Positions 41,934 through 50,855 of a stretch of DNA of 64,000 bases are shown here, piece by piece (positions within the stretch are counted from its first letter, which is position 1; every line of letters starts with the position of its first letter). Position numbers and translations under genes: made by a program. The DNA comes from a bacterium. Lineage in GTDB: Bacteria > Armatimonadota > UBA5829. A model generated the notes under the pieces. That model ran no database searches. It was not told where the DNA came from and worked only from the letters and a program-made list of their open reading frames with translations. The stretch is from assembly GCA_021372295.1 (NCBI GenBank), contig JAJFUS010000027.1, positions 8,378 through 72,377 on the forward strand, read 5' to 3'.

Positions 41934-42365
41934 ATGGCTGATTTGACAATTGCAGTAGAAGCAAAATCTTGCAGCAAGACGCGCACGGATGTTAGCGTCC
42001 GTGACCTGGTTTTTAGTATTGATGAACCTGAAAAACTCGGTGGCACCAATACTGGGCCAAATCCAATTGAATATGTGCTGGGTGCCCTCGCGGGTTGCAT
42101 CAACGTTGTTGGACATATTGTCGCAAAAGAGATGGGCTTTGATATCAGTTCGATGAAGCTGCATTTGGAGGGAAACCTTGATCCACTGGGCTATATGGGC
42201 AGAAAAACCGGTGTTCGCCCCGGCTTCAAGGAGATACGAGTGTCGATTGATATAGAGTCCACTGCAAGCGCCGACGTATTGCAAGAGTGGGCCAGGGCAA
42301 TAGAGGCTCGATGCCCGGTAAGCGACAATCTTGGTCAAATGACTCCGATAAATATTAGTTTGTGA
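41934..42365 (+). CDS. OsmC/Ohr-family peroxiredoxin-like protein
   Basis: ...GTNTGPNPIEYVLGALAGCINV...ARCPVSDNL... has the two conserved OsmC Cys positions. Confidence 0.8.
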   Translation: MADLTIAVEAKSCSKTRTDVSVRDLVFSIDEPEKLGGTNTGPNPIEYVLGALAGCINVVGHIVAKEMGFDISSMKLHLEGNLDPLGYMGRKTGVRPGFKEIRVSIDIESTASADVLQEWARAIEARCPVSDNLGQMTPINISL

Positions 42366-42680
42366 ACCTGATACAACGAATTGACGAGGCTGTTTGCCGC
42401 ATAGCTGAAGCTCTCGAAATGAGCTGGCTGGTTCCCGAAGAGGCTGTGTCCCGGCTCGGCATGGAAAAGGTTTTCTGATCGGATGGAGACTTTTGCCAGC
42501 GCATTTGTCAGGGCCACAAAGCCGAGATACTGCTGCCGCGGATAAGATGCAGGTCAGACATGAAAGCAGCTAGATTCACCACCCCTTAAAATCTGACTAT
42601 TGACAGTGGCCGAACGCATGTGTAAACTATCACCTTGGTATAATGGATAAACGCCGCAAAGCGCGGTGGAGGAAGTGGAA

Positions 42681-43151
42681 ATGAAAGTGGTAATACTCGG
42701 CTGTGGAAGGGTCGGCGCGACAATCGCGACCACCATGGCCCGCGAAGGGCACGATATTACAATAGTAGACCTGAACAAAGACTCATTCCGCAGGCTCGCG
42801 AACGATTTCACCGGCAAGACCATCGTCGGCAACGGTCTGTCCGAAGAGACTCTGCGCAAGGCCGATGTGGAACACGCGGACGCATTCGTGGCGGTCACTA
42901 ACGGCGACAACAGAAACATTATGTCTGTGCAACTGGCTAAAGTCCGGTTCAAAGTGCCGAAGGTCATCGCCAGAATATACGATCCCATAAGATCGTACGC
43001 CTATGCTGATATGGGCATAGACACCATCTGCACGACATGCGTCGGCGCCGGGGTCATTCACGACAGAATCCTCGGAAAGCCGTATGCGGCCGTTGAGGAC
43101 TACTGCCAGTTCGGGCTGGAAGACAAAGCGCTGGAGGCCACCAATGACTAG
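42681..43151 (+). CDS. trkA: TrkA-N domain K+ transport regulatory protein
   Basis: MKVVILGCGRVGATIA...GHDITIVD is a Rossmann GxGxxG motif. GGAGGAAG lies upstream. Confidence 0.85.
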   Translation: MKVVILGCGRVGATIATTMAREGHDITIVDLNKDSFRRLANDFTGKTIVGNGLSEETLRKADVEHADAFVAVTNGDNRNIMSVQLAKVRFKVPKVIARIYDPIRSYAYADMGIDTICTTCVGAGVIHDRILGKPYAAVEDYCQFGLEDKALEATND

Positions 43152-43827
43152 GAAAAACCCGATGTACGTGATAATTGTCGGCGGCGGCAAGGTCGGATAC
43201 CATCTCTCCAGAACGCTCACCGAAGAGGGCCATGAAGTCCTCATAATCGAAAAAGACAGAAAGACGGCTGAGTCTTTGGCCGAAAAACTCGGCGAAATGG
43301 TGATGCACGGCGACGGCTGCGAGATCCGCACCATGACCGAAGCGGGCATGAGCAGGGCGAACGTGGTGGTGGCCGTAACCGGCGACGACGAAGACAACCT
43401 GGTCATCTGCCAGATGGCGAAGAGAAAATTTGGCGTCCCGCGCACGCTCGCTCGCGTCAACGACCCCAAAAACGAAGAACTCTTTCAACAGCTCGGAATC
43501 GACCAGACCGTCAGCAGCACCCGGATCATATTCAATCTGCTCGAACAGCAAATCGAGACCGGCCAGGTCATCCCTCTGGCGGCTCTGAAGAAGGGCGAGA
43601 TCGAGGTCGTGGAAGCCGACATCACCCCCAACTCACCAGCCCTGGGGATGAAAATAGGCCAGCTCGATCTTCCCGCGAACGCGCTCATCATATCCGTCAT
43701 CCGTGACGGTCACGCAATCATCCCCCACGCGGACACAAAACTCCGCGCGGGCGACAGCGTAATCACCATGATAAAAGCCGAAAGAGAAAAAGAACTGCGC
43801 TCAATATTCACCGGCGAACAGCAATAA
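43144..43827 (+). CDS. trkA: TrkA K+ uptake protein (TrkA-N + TrkA-C)
   Basis: YVIIVGGGKVGYHL...GHEVLIIE plus a C-terminal RCK_C segment (...LRAGDSVITMI...). Confidence 0.85.
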   Translation: MTRKNPMYVIIVGGGKVGYHLSRTLTEEGHEVLIIEKDRKTAESLAEKLGEMVMHGDGCEIRTMTEAGMSRANVVVAVTGDDEDNLVICQMAKRKFGVPRTLARVNDPKNEELFQQLGIDQTVSSTRIIFNLLEQQIETGQVIPLAALKKGEIEVVEADITPNSPALGMKIGQLDLPANALIISVIRDGHAIIPHADTKLRAGDSVITMIKAEREKELRSIFTGEQQ

Positions 43828-43840
43828 AAGACAGAAAACA

Positions 43841-43880
43841 GTAGAAAGCAGAAAGCATAATGCAACTTTCTGCTTTCTAC
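43841..43880. terminator. Bidirectional terminator hairpin (15-bp stem)
   Basis: GTAGAAAGCAGAAAG-10 nt-CTTTCTGCTTTCTAC between convergent genes. Confidence 0.6.
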
Positions 43881-43902
43881 TTTCTGCTTTCAGCTATGCC
43901 TT

Positions 43903-44109
43903 CTAACCTCTCGCGTTCGCAAGCAGAGATGGCCCCAGCCTGGTCGACTCTATGCCCAACACCGTCGCGTGCACGGCCTGTCCGACCATTCCCCCAGCTC
44001 CGGCAACCACCACCATTGTGTCGTCAGGCAAATGTCCGACTCCTTCGTCACAGCCCAACCCATCCCGATCAATTACGATTTCAATCTCATCTCCATAGCG
44101 GTAACCCAT
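43903..44109 (-). CDS. Stand-alone TRAM-domain protein (resembles the C-terminus of YacL-type PIN/TRAM proteins)
   Basis: GDEIEIVIDRDG...EGVGHLPDDTMVVVAGAGGMVGQAVHATVLGI... aligns by eye with the YacL C-terminal TRAM domain. GGAGGTG lies 6 nt upstream, and an in-frame TAA sits directly before the ATG. Confidence 0.5.
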   Translation of the reverse strand: MGYRYGDEIEIVIDRDGLGCDEGVGHLPDDTMVVVAGAGGMVGQAVHATVLGIESTRLGPSLLANARG

Positions 44110-44493
44110 TTACACACCTCCGGTCATCCATGCCAGTATAGTAATGCCCAAACATGCAAAAGAGACAGGAACCATATAAAAGTTCCTGCCTCAAATACAG
44201 ACTACCGATATTGACAACACGCCCGCCGGAACGCCGGGCGCACCAACGCCAGACTCTTCCCGGCCAACCGCGCTTGTAATGCGCGCCAGCCCGAGACCAT
44301 ACATCCTGTAGGTCAGAATCAACCCATTCAAAGCAATGATCCTTCGCCGAAAGCGGCTTGCTGAAAGATTTGCCTGGATTATAGCACCCTTGCCGTAAGA
44401 TTACAACCCCCTAATTTAGGCAAATTTACAGGGGTGGCAACTTCCCTCAATAAACGCTACAATATACGTAATGACAAACTCTGGAGTGGATTA

Positions 44494-46500
44494 ATGTCGC
44501 AAGCGATTGTCGATGCGAGACTTGACGATCTCGCCGTAAACACCATCAAATTTCTAGCCGTCGACGGTATAGAAAAAGCCAAATCCGGCCACCCCGGCCT
44601 GCCGATGGGCGCGGCGGATTACGCTTATGTCCTCTGGGCGAAATACCTTCGCTACAACCCCAAAGACCCCAAATGGCCCAACAGAGACAGGTTTGTGCTG
44701 TCGGGCGGCCACGGCTCGATGCTGCTGTATTCCCTTCTGCATCTTGCCGGGTTCGACATGCCCTATGAGGAACTGCAGAAATTCAGACAGTGGGGCTCTC
44801 TCACGCCGGGCCACCCCGAGCATGAGATCGAGCGAGGAATCGAGACCACCACCGGCCCACTCGGCCAGGGCATAGCCAACGCCGTTGGAATGGGCATGGC
44901 TGCGCATCGACTGTCGGCTATCTTCAACAGGCCGGGTTATGACATCATCAACCACTGGATCTACGTAATCCTCGGCGACGGCGACATGATGGAAGGTATC
45001 AGCCACGAGGCGTGCAGCCTTGCCGGTCATCTCGGGCTGGGCAACATCGTAGCGATCTATGACGACAACTGCATCTGCATCGAAGGTGACACCTGCCTGA
45101 CTTATTCCGACGATATAAAAATGCGCTTCGAGTCGTACGGTTGGCACGTTCAGATGATCGACGGCCACGACAGAGCCGCCGCATCCGAAGCTCTCGCCAA
45201 GGCCAAGGCCGAAACCGGCAAACCGAGCCTCATAGTGGCGCGCACGATCATCGCGCACGGCGCGCCCAACAAGTGCGGCACCGCTTCCGCGCACGGCGAA
45301 CCCCTCGGGCCGGATGAAACCAAAGCAGCCAAGGAATGCGCCAACTGGCCTGTGGACAAACCGTTTTACATCCCCGACGAGGTCAAACAGTTCTTTTCCT
45401 CGCATGCCGGCGATCTGCGCAAAGAGTATGACGCATGGCAGGCAATGTTCGCCAAATACAAAGAGGAATTCCCCGAGCTTGCCAAACTATGGACAAAAAT
45501 GATGGACAAAGAAGTTCCGGCCGACTTGGACGACCAGCTCCTGGCGAAGCTCGATTGCGTGAAGCCGACCGCGACCCGCGCATCCTCGGGCAGCGCGATT
45601 CAAGAGATCGCGAAGAGTGTTCCGGCATTCTGGGGCGGTTCGGCAGACCTTTGCCCGAGCAACAAGACAGACGTCAAAGGCGGCGGTGACTTCTCCCATG
45701 CATACCCGCTCGGTCGAAATATCCACTTCGGCGTGCGCGAGCATGCAATGGGCTCCGCGATGAATGGAATGGCTGTCTACGGCGGAGTAATCCCCTACGG
45801 CGGAACGTTCCTGGTGTTTTGCGACTACATGCGCCCGACAATCCGCCTGGCCGCTCTGATGAAGCAACAAGTGGTCTACGTCTTCACGCACGACAGCATA
45901 TTCGTCGGTGAGGACGGCCCGACCCATGAGCCCATCGAGCAAATCGCGTCGATGAGGATGATCCCGAATGTGACCGTAATCCGGCCCGCCGACACCGCCG
46001 AGACGGCTGTCGCATGGGCCTGGGCGCTCGATCACAAGGACGGCCCGACCGTGCTGGCTCTCACCAGACAGAATCTCTCGCCGGTAAACGACGACCCCGC
46101 CAAAGCCAAGCAGCTTCGCAAGGGCGCATACATCGTGCGGGACGCCGGTAAGATCGACGTCGTGCTGATCGCGACAGGTTCGGAAGTGGGAATCTCGCTG
46201 GGAGCCGCCGATATACTCGCCGCCAAGGGCATCAACGCCCGCGTGGTCTCAATGCCGAGCCGCGAGATCTTCGAGGCTCAAGATAAAGCCTACCAAGACA
46301 GCGTAATTCCGCCGTCTGTGAAGAAGCGCGTAGTCGTGGAAGCGGGAATTCCGTTCGGCTGGGAAAAATACTCAGGCGACGAAGGCCTCATCATCGGCAT
46401 GGATCGCTTCGGCGCGTCGGCTCCTTACCAGGTGCTCGCCGAGAAATTCGGGTTCACTGCGCAGTCAGTGGCGGAACATACCGAGGCATACTTGAAGTAG
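44494..46500 (+). CDS. tkt: Transketolase
   Basis: ...KAKSGHPGLPMGAA...LSGGHGSMLLYSLLHL...GPLGQGI...GDGDMMEG...FGVREHAM...THDSIFVGEDGPTHEPIE... Confidence 0.95.
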   Translation: MSQAIVDARLDDLAVNTIKFLAVDGIEKAKSGHPGLPMGAADYAYVLWAKYLRYNPKDPKWPNRDRFVLSGGHGSMLLYSLLHLAGFDMPYEELQKFRQWGSLTPGHPEHEIERGIETTTGPLGQGIANAVGMGMAAHRLSAIFNRPGYDIINHWIYVILGDGDMMEGISHEACSLAGHLGLGNIVAIYDDNCICIEGDTCLTYSDDIKMRFESYGWHVQMIDGHDRAAASEALAKAKAETGKPSLIVARTIIAHGAPNKCGTASAHGEPLGPDETKAAKECANWPVDKPFYIPDEVKQFFSSHAGDLRKEYDAWQAMFAKYKEEFPELAKLWTKMMDKEVPADLDDQLLAKLDCVKPTATRASSGSAIQEIAKSVPAFWGGSADLCPSNKTDVKGGGDFSHAYPLGRNIHFGVREHAMGSAMNGMAVYGGVIPYGGTFLVFCDYMRPTIRLAALMKQQVVYVFTHDSIFVGEDGPTHEPIEQIASMRMIPNVTVIRPADTAETAVAWAWALDHKDGPTVLALTRQNLSPVNDDPAKAKQLRKGAYIVRDAGKIDVVLIATGSEVGISLGAADILAAKGINARVVSMPSREIFEAQDKAYQDSVIPPSVKKRVVVEAGIPFGWEKYSGDEGLIIGMDRFGASAPYQVLAEKFGFTAQSVAEHTEAYLK

Positions 46501-46654
46501 TTATTTGAGACTCCGTGCCAAATCCTTTTGCGGGGATTGGGGCGGAGTCCCAAAAGTGCCTGCACGGTGAAGTTCAGCCGCAAGTCTACCGATAATGTAC
46601 CTGACCCGGCAATTATGCTGGCGTGTCGCCATTAAGAGGGAGGCCGACTCCATT

Positions 46655-47776
46655 ATGCAGGCTATTATTCTGGCGGGTGGAAAACCGACTCAACTTTATT
46701 GCCCCACCACGGACTGCCCAAAGTCCATGGTTCCATTATTTGATCGACCCGTGATGGAACACACCATCCAGTGGCTTGCGCGGCATGGCGTAAAAGACAT
46801 AGTCGTGGCGGTCTCGCATCTCGCGCAGGATCTTATGGAGCACTTCAACGACGGCTCGCGCTGGGGCGTGAATATCCGCTACTCAATCGAAAGCGAGCCT
46901 CTGGGCACTGCGGGCGCGGTCAAGCAGGCGCGAAACATGCTCGACGGCAGGTTCCTGGTGATATCGGGCGACGTCATTACGGATTTTGACCTAAAGGCGG
47001 CGATAGAGTATCACTCAAAGACCCGTGCCGTCGCGACAATCCTCCTGGGCGAAGCGGACGAACCCACGCAGTACGGTGTGGTAGGCCGCGACGATTCCGG
47101 CAGAGTGACTCGAATTATCGAGAAACCAAAGTCCGGCGAAGTGTTTTCAAACACTGTCAGCGCCGGCATATATATTTGCGAGCCTGAGGTCATCAGCTGT
47201 ATCCCCTACGATCAATCGTGTGATTTCGCGATGCGTGTCTTTCCGGCGATGCTTGCCAATCAGGAACGCATTTTCGGTCTTAAAGCGTCGGGCTACTGGT
47301 GCGACGTCGGCGACTTGAACAATTATCGCAACCTGCACTTCGACGCGCTCGTAGGCAAGCTCAAGCTCGATCTGCATGCCACTCACATCGGCGAAGGTAT
47401 TTGGATCGGGGAGCGCGTTGTGATCGACCCGTCAGCCGAACTGGCCGCGCCTGTCTATATAGGCGATGGGGCGAGTATCGGACGAGGGACGAAGCTCGGT
47501 GAACGGACGATAATCGGCGAGGGAGCGGTTATTGACGATCACGCGAATATCTCGCGCAGTGTGATCGGCAGAAAATCGTTCGTGGGACGCAGTTCGCGTA
47601 TTGTGAACTGTGTCATCGGAGGCGGCTGCAGCGTTTCCGAGAGCGAGAATATCTCATGCCAGACTATCTTGTCTCGCGGCGTATATGAACAGCCCGCAAC
47701 ACATGTCACGCCAGCGCCCAAACCCGAAAGGCGGACGGCGGAGACTCCGAGAGAAGCGGACAGGGTTACGATTTAG
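46655..47776 (+). CDS. Sugar-1-phosphate nucleotidylyltransferase with a C-terminal left-handed beta-helix
   Basis: MQAIILAGGKPTQL...PKSMVP...LGTAGAV... plus hexapeptide repeats in the C-terminal half. The G-loop deviates from the canonical GGxGTRL. Confidence 0.75.
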   Translation: MQAIILAGGKPTQLYCPTTDCPKSMVPLFDRPVMEHTIQWLARHGVKDIVVAVSHLAQDLMEHFNDGSRWGVNIRYSIESEPLGTAGAVKQARNMLDGRFLVISGDVITDFDLKAAIEYHSKTRAVATILLGEADEPTQYGVVGRDDSGRVTRIIEKPKSGEVFSNTVSAGIYICEPEVISCIPYDQSCDFAMRVFPAMLANQERIFGLKASGYWCDVGDLNNYRNLHFDALVGKLKLDLHATHIGEGIWIGERVVIDPSAELAAPVYIGDGASIGRGTKLGERTIIGEGAVIDDHANISRSVIGRKSFVGRSSRIVNCVIGGGCSVSESENISCQTILSRGVYEQPATHVTPAPKPERRTAETPREADRVTI

Positions 47777-47828
47777 CTGATGGAGTTTATGTATCAGGGC
47801 AAGTATGTCCCGATACAACAAATATTCG

Positions 47829-48476
47829 TTACTTTCTGAATTCGTGCCCGTCAAGCATAATCCGCCCAATGTCGTAGTACATCTTCATCCTGGCGGAGAA
47901 GCCCTTCAAAAACCCGAGTTTTTCTTCTTTCATGTGGTGAGTGCAGCCCGTCAGACCGACACGGCTGACCTTGAGATTGTGGGATCGAAAATACTTGGTG
48001 ATGGCCGTCTCGACGCCTGAGCGCACGCCGTCAATCCGTGGTATCTTCAGAAAAATCTCGCGCTTCATCGCCCGCTGGCCTGATATATAAGGCGCCACAA
48101 ACTGCGCCAGATCGGTAGCTCCTCTGCCGCCTCTGAAGATGCCTATTGCCATATCGGCCTCGCCTTCAGCAACAGGGCGCACAATGGCATCGACTTTCTC
48201 GCCGTCCATTCCCACCAGGTCGGCGTCCAGGAACAGGACTACATCCGCGTCGGTATCCATAGCGCCAGCGCGCATCGCCCCGCCTTTGCCCAGGTTCGCG
48301 TCGAGTTTCACGACCCGGATATCGGGGTCAGCCGAGACCAGTTCATACGTGCCGTCGGTGCTGCCGTCCGAGACGACAAGTATCTCATCGACCGTTTCCG
48401 CCCGCTTGATTGCGTCCAGAACGACCGAAATCCGTTCTCTTTCGTTATATGCGGGCACTATCGCCGCAACTTTCAT
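47829..48476 (-). CDS. Family 2 glycosyltransferase
   Basis: VAAIVPAYNERERI...ILVVSDGSTDGT...LFLDADL (DxD). Confidence 0.8.
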   Translation of the reverse strand: MKVAAIVPAYNERERISVVLDAIKRAETVDEILVVSDGSTDGTYELVSADPDIRVVKLDANLGKGGAMRAGAMDTDADVVLFLDADLVGMDGEKVDAIVRPVAEGEADMAIGIFRGGRGATDLAQFVAPYISGQRAMKREIFLKIPRIDGVRSGVETAITKYFRSHNLKVSRVGLTGCTHHMKEEKLGFLKGFSARMKMYYDIGRIMLDGHEFRK

Positions 48477-48484
48477 TCTGTTTC

Positions 48485-48889
48485 CTACTTTTTTTGAGTC
48501 TTGGCTTCTTCCGAGATGTCGTTCCAGGCTTTTTGGAACGTGCGAACCGTGCGATCTCGCGCGTTGCCCAGAAACTCCGCCGCGTCTCCAACTATATCTT
48601 TTGAGACCGAATTCGCCGACTGAAGCCGCTTCAGCGCCTTGTCCAGCTCGGCCTGCGCCTGGCCCGGTTTTTTCTTCGCGATCAGGTCTTTTGCGTTTTT
48701 GGCGTGTCGTTCGGCTTCGGCGAGAGCGGTCACCAGATCGGAACCGGATTTGCCGCCGCTGTCCTTGCTTTCGACATGCACCTTAGCTGAAATCGCGCGC
48801 ACTTCTTGTCTGAGTTGCTCGATGCGCCACTGGTCGTAACCGATTACCAGCAGCACAATCACAAACAGCAAGCATCCCATTCTTTTCAT
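48485..48889 (-). CDS. Membrane-anchored hypothetical protein
   Basis: N-terminal TM helix (CLLFVIVLLVIGY) followed by a helical soluble part. Confidence 0.45.
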   Translation of the reverse strand: MKRMGCLLFVIVLLVIGYDQWRIEQLRQEVRAISAKVHVESKDSGGKSGSDLVTALAEAERHAKNAKDLIAKKKPGQAQAELDKALKRLQSANSVSKDIVGDAAEFLGNARDRTVRTFQKAWNDISEEAKTQKK

Positions 48890-48898
48890 CGGATCACA

Positions 48899-49513
48899 TC
48901 AACTCATCTTTCTGACAAGCCCCACGACCTTGCCGATAATATCTACGTTGTCGAAATACATAGGTTCCATTGACGAATTCGCGGGCTGCAGCCTGACCCT
49001 GCCTGTCTCCACAAAAAAACGCTTAACCGTAGCCTCGTCCTCGACCATCGCAACCACGGTGTCGCCATTGTCGGCTACGGTCTGACGGCGCACTATAACA
49101 TAATCGCCGTCCATAATTCCGTCTTCGATCATGCTTTCGCCCTTGACTCGAAGCATAAACCCCTCGCCGCCAGCAAGAAACTCGCCCGGGACTGGGAAGG
49201 TCTCCTCGATGTTCTCATAAGCAAGCGTCGGCTGCCCAGCGGCCACCTGACCCACCACAGGAAGGTTTGCCACGTTCTTTGGTTTGCGCGACTCCGCCGC
49301 GTCCACCACGCGAATGGCCCTGGTGAGAGCGGCATCGCGGCAGATCAAACCGGCGTGCTCCAGACCCCTGAGGTGGGCGTGGACTGTCGAGCTGGAACTC
49401 AAACGCACTGCCTCACCTATCTCTCGCACAGTAGGCGGGTAGCCATGCGCATCTGTATGCTCAACTATATATTGCAGGATTTGCCTCTGTCTTGCAGTCA
49501 GCTTTTTTTCCAT
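48899..49513 (-). CDS. lexA: LexA repressor
   Basis: LTARQRQILQYI...GYPPTVREIGEAV.LSSSSTVHAHL..LE..G...VAAGQP...GESM...I.DGD...V are the winged HTH plus the Ala-Gly cleavage site and the S24 Ser/Lys peptidase. Confidence 0.93.
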   Translation of the reverse strand: MEKKLTARQRQILQYIVEHTDAHGYPPTVREIGEAVRLSSSSTVHAHLRGLEHAGLICRDAALTRAIRVVDAAESRKPKNVANLPVVGQVAAGQPTLAYENIEETFPVPGEFLAGGEGFMLRVKGESMIEDGIMDGDYVIVRRQTVADNGDTVVAMVEDEATVKRFFVETGRVRLQPANSSMEPMYFDNVDIIGKVVGLVRKMS

Positions 49514-49629
49514 ACCTCACCTCCACCGGATCGGCCCGCATCTATTGTAAAGCAAGTTGCGAAGAACAAGCAAATGATAATCACTATCACACGGAAAATC
49601 AATACACAAACTGGGAGAGATTTGGGACT

Positions 49630-49648
49630 CTGAGGGTGAAACCCTCAA
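49630..49648. repeat. Solo copy of the hairpin CTGAGGGT-GAA-ACCCTCA(g) in the lexA/aroF intergenic region
   Basis: It has the same sequence as the terminal hairpin of the array at 54945-54963, with one mismatch in the last stem base. Confidence 0.6.
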
Positions 49649-49741
49649 CCGTCTGGCTGGATTTTTGAACACGACTTAAGCTATACTAATAGTGGAGCTT
49701 CCAACCTCTAATTTCCTACTTATAACTTCTGGAGCATCCGC

Positions 49742-50764
49742 ATGATTATCATTATGGATCCGCGCGCAAGCGAGGAAAAAGTAGAATCGGTTCAAGAAGA
49801 GATCAAAGCGATAGGGTTCAGGCCGTTTATGAACCCCGGCGTCGAGCGCAAAGTCATTGCCGTGCTCGGCGAATTGGACGTGCGCAAGGCAGACCTGGTG
49901 GAACATTTCCAGGCGATGCCGGGAGTCGTGCGGGTCGAACTTATATCCGATTTGTGGAAACTCGCCTCGCGCTCGTATCACCCTGAAAACACGATTGTAA
50001 CGATAGGCGATATAAAAGTCGGCGCGGATGAGATAATTGTGGCGGCAGGCCCCTGCAGCGTGGAGTCCGAGCGCCAGACAATCGAACTCGCTCATCAGGT
50101 AAAGGCCGCGGGAGCGAAAGTTTTTCGCGGGGGCGCGTTCAAACCCAGAACATCACCTTACGCATTCCAGGGGCTGGGCGAAAAAGGTCTGAAGATACTT
50201 GCAAAGGCCCGCAAGGAGACCGGGCTGCCCATCGTCACGGAAGTGATGGACACGCATGAGGTCGACCTGGTCTGCAAATACGCCGATGTCCTCCAGATCG
50301 GCGCGCGCAATATGCAAAATTTTGCCCTCCTGAAGAAAGTCGGCTCCGTCAGACGCCCCGTGCTTCTCAAGCGCGGGCTTGGGTCAAAAGTAAAGGATTT
50401 GCTGATGTCGGCCGAGTATATAATTTCCGAGGGCAACCAGAATGTGATTCTCTGCGAGCGCGGAATCACGACGTTCGAGGATTCAACCAGAAACACTACG
50501 GACATCAGCGCCATCCCCGTGCTGAAGAACTGGACGCATCTGCCCGTCGTGCTCGACCCGAGCCATGCCACCGGCCACTGGCAGTATGTGGCGTCGGTCG
50601 CAAAGGCCGCCGTCGCGGGAGGAGCGGACGGCCTCCTGCTGGAAGTCCACAACGACCCCGCCCATGCAATGAGCGACGGCCCGCAGTCCCTCAAGCCGGA
50701 AAAGTTTGCGGACTTGATGCGGCAGCTCTCAAGAGTGGCGCAGGCCGTAGACAGGCTGGTATAA
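49742..50764 (+). CDS. 3-deoxy-7-phosphoheptulonate (DAHP) synthase, type I-beta with an N-terminal ferredoxin-like regulatory domain
   Basis: ...AGPCSVES...[22 protein letters not shown]...ARNMQNF.LL...KRG...DPSHATG... Confidence 0.9.
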   Translation: MIIIMDPRASEEKVESVQEEIKAIGFRPFMNPGVERKVIAVLGELDVRKADLVEHFQAMPGVVRVELISDLWKLASRSYHPENTIVTIGDIKVGADEIIVAAGPCSVESERQTIELAHQVKAAGAKVFRGGAFKPRTSPYAFQGLGEKGLKILAKARKETGLPIVTEVMDTHEVDLVCKYADVLQIGARNMQNFALLKKVGSVRRPVLLKRGLGSKVKDLLMSAEYIISEGNQNVILCERGITTFEDSTRNTTDISAIPVLKNWTHLPVVLDPSHATGHWQYVASVAKAAVAGGADGLLLEVHNDPAHAMSDGPQSLKPEKFADLMRQLSRVAQAVDRLV

Positions 50765-50855
50765 TTACCGGTTTTGTCACGCGCGACCCCGCAAATCCCA
50801 CAGGACATGGAACACAAAGAGTGTGGAACTGAATTCATCGCCTGTGGAGGTTTGT

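Noticed and set aside
42362-42478. 38-aa ORF (GTG overlapping the OsmC stop) VNLIQRIDEAVCRIAEALEMSWLVPEEAVSRLGMEKVF
   Set aside because: It has no convincing RBS and is short, with no features. It could be real, but the sequence alone does not support it.
43860-44141. 93-aa plus-strand ORF overlapping the TRAM ORF
   Set aside because: It starts inside the terminator hairpin, is Pro/Ser/Arg-rich and has no RBS. The minus-strand TRAM frame has homology-like features and an RBS.
44554-45405. 283-aa minus-strand ORF
   Set aside because: It is antisense to transketolase, which is unambiguous.
48139-48786. 215-aa plus-strand ORF rich in Ser/Pro/Arg
   Set aside because: It is antisense to the GT2 and membrane-protein genes. 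Its composition is low-complexity and typical of wrong-strand translation.
49514-49600. Search for a LexA (SOS) box upstream of lexA
   Set aside because: I found no CGAAC-N4-GTTCG, CTGT-N8-ACAG or GTTC-N7-GTTC type box. There is only GTTCTTCGCAAC within the putative promoter spacer and a TGATA-N5-TATCA inverted repeat (49575-49589). I cannot assign either to LexA without a lineage-specific motif.
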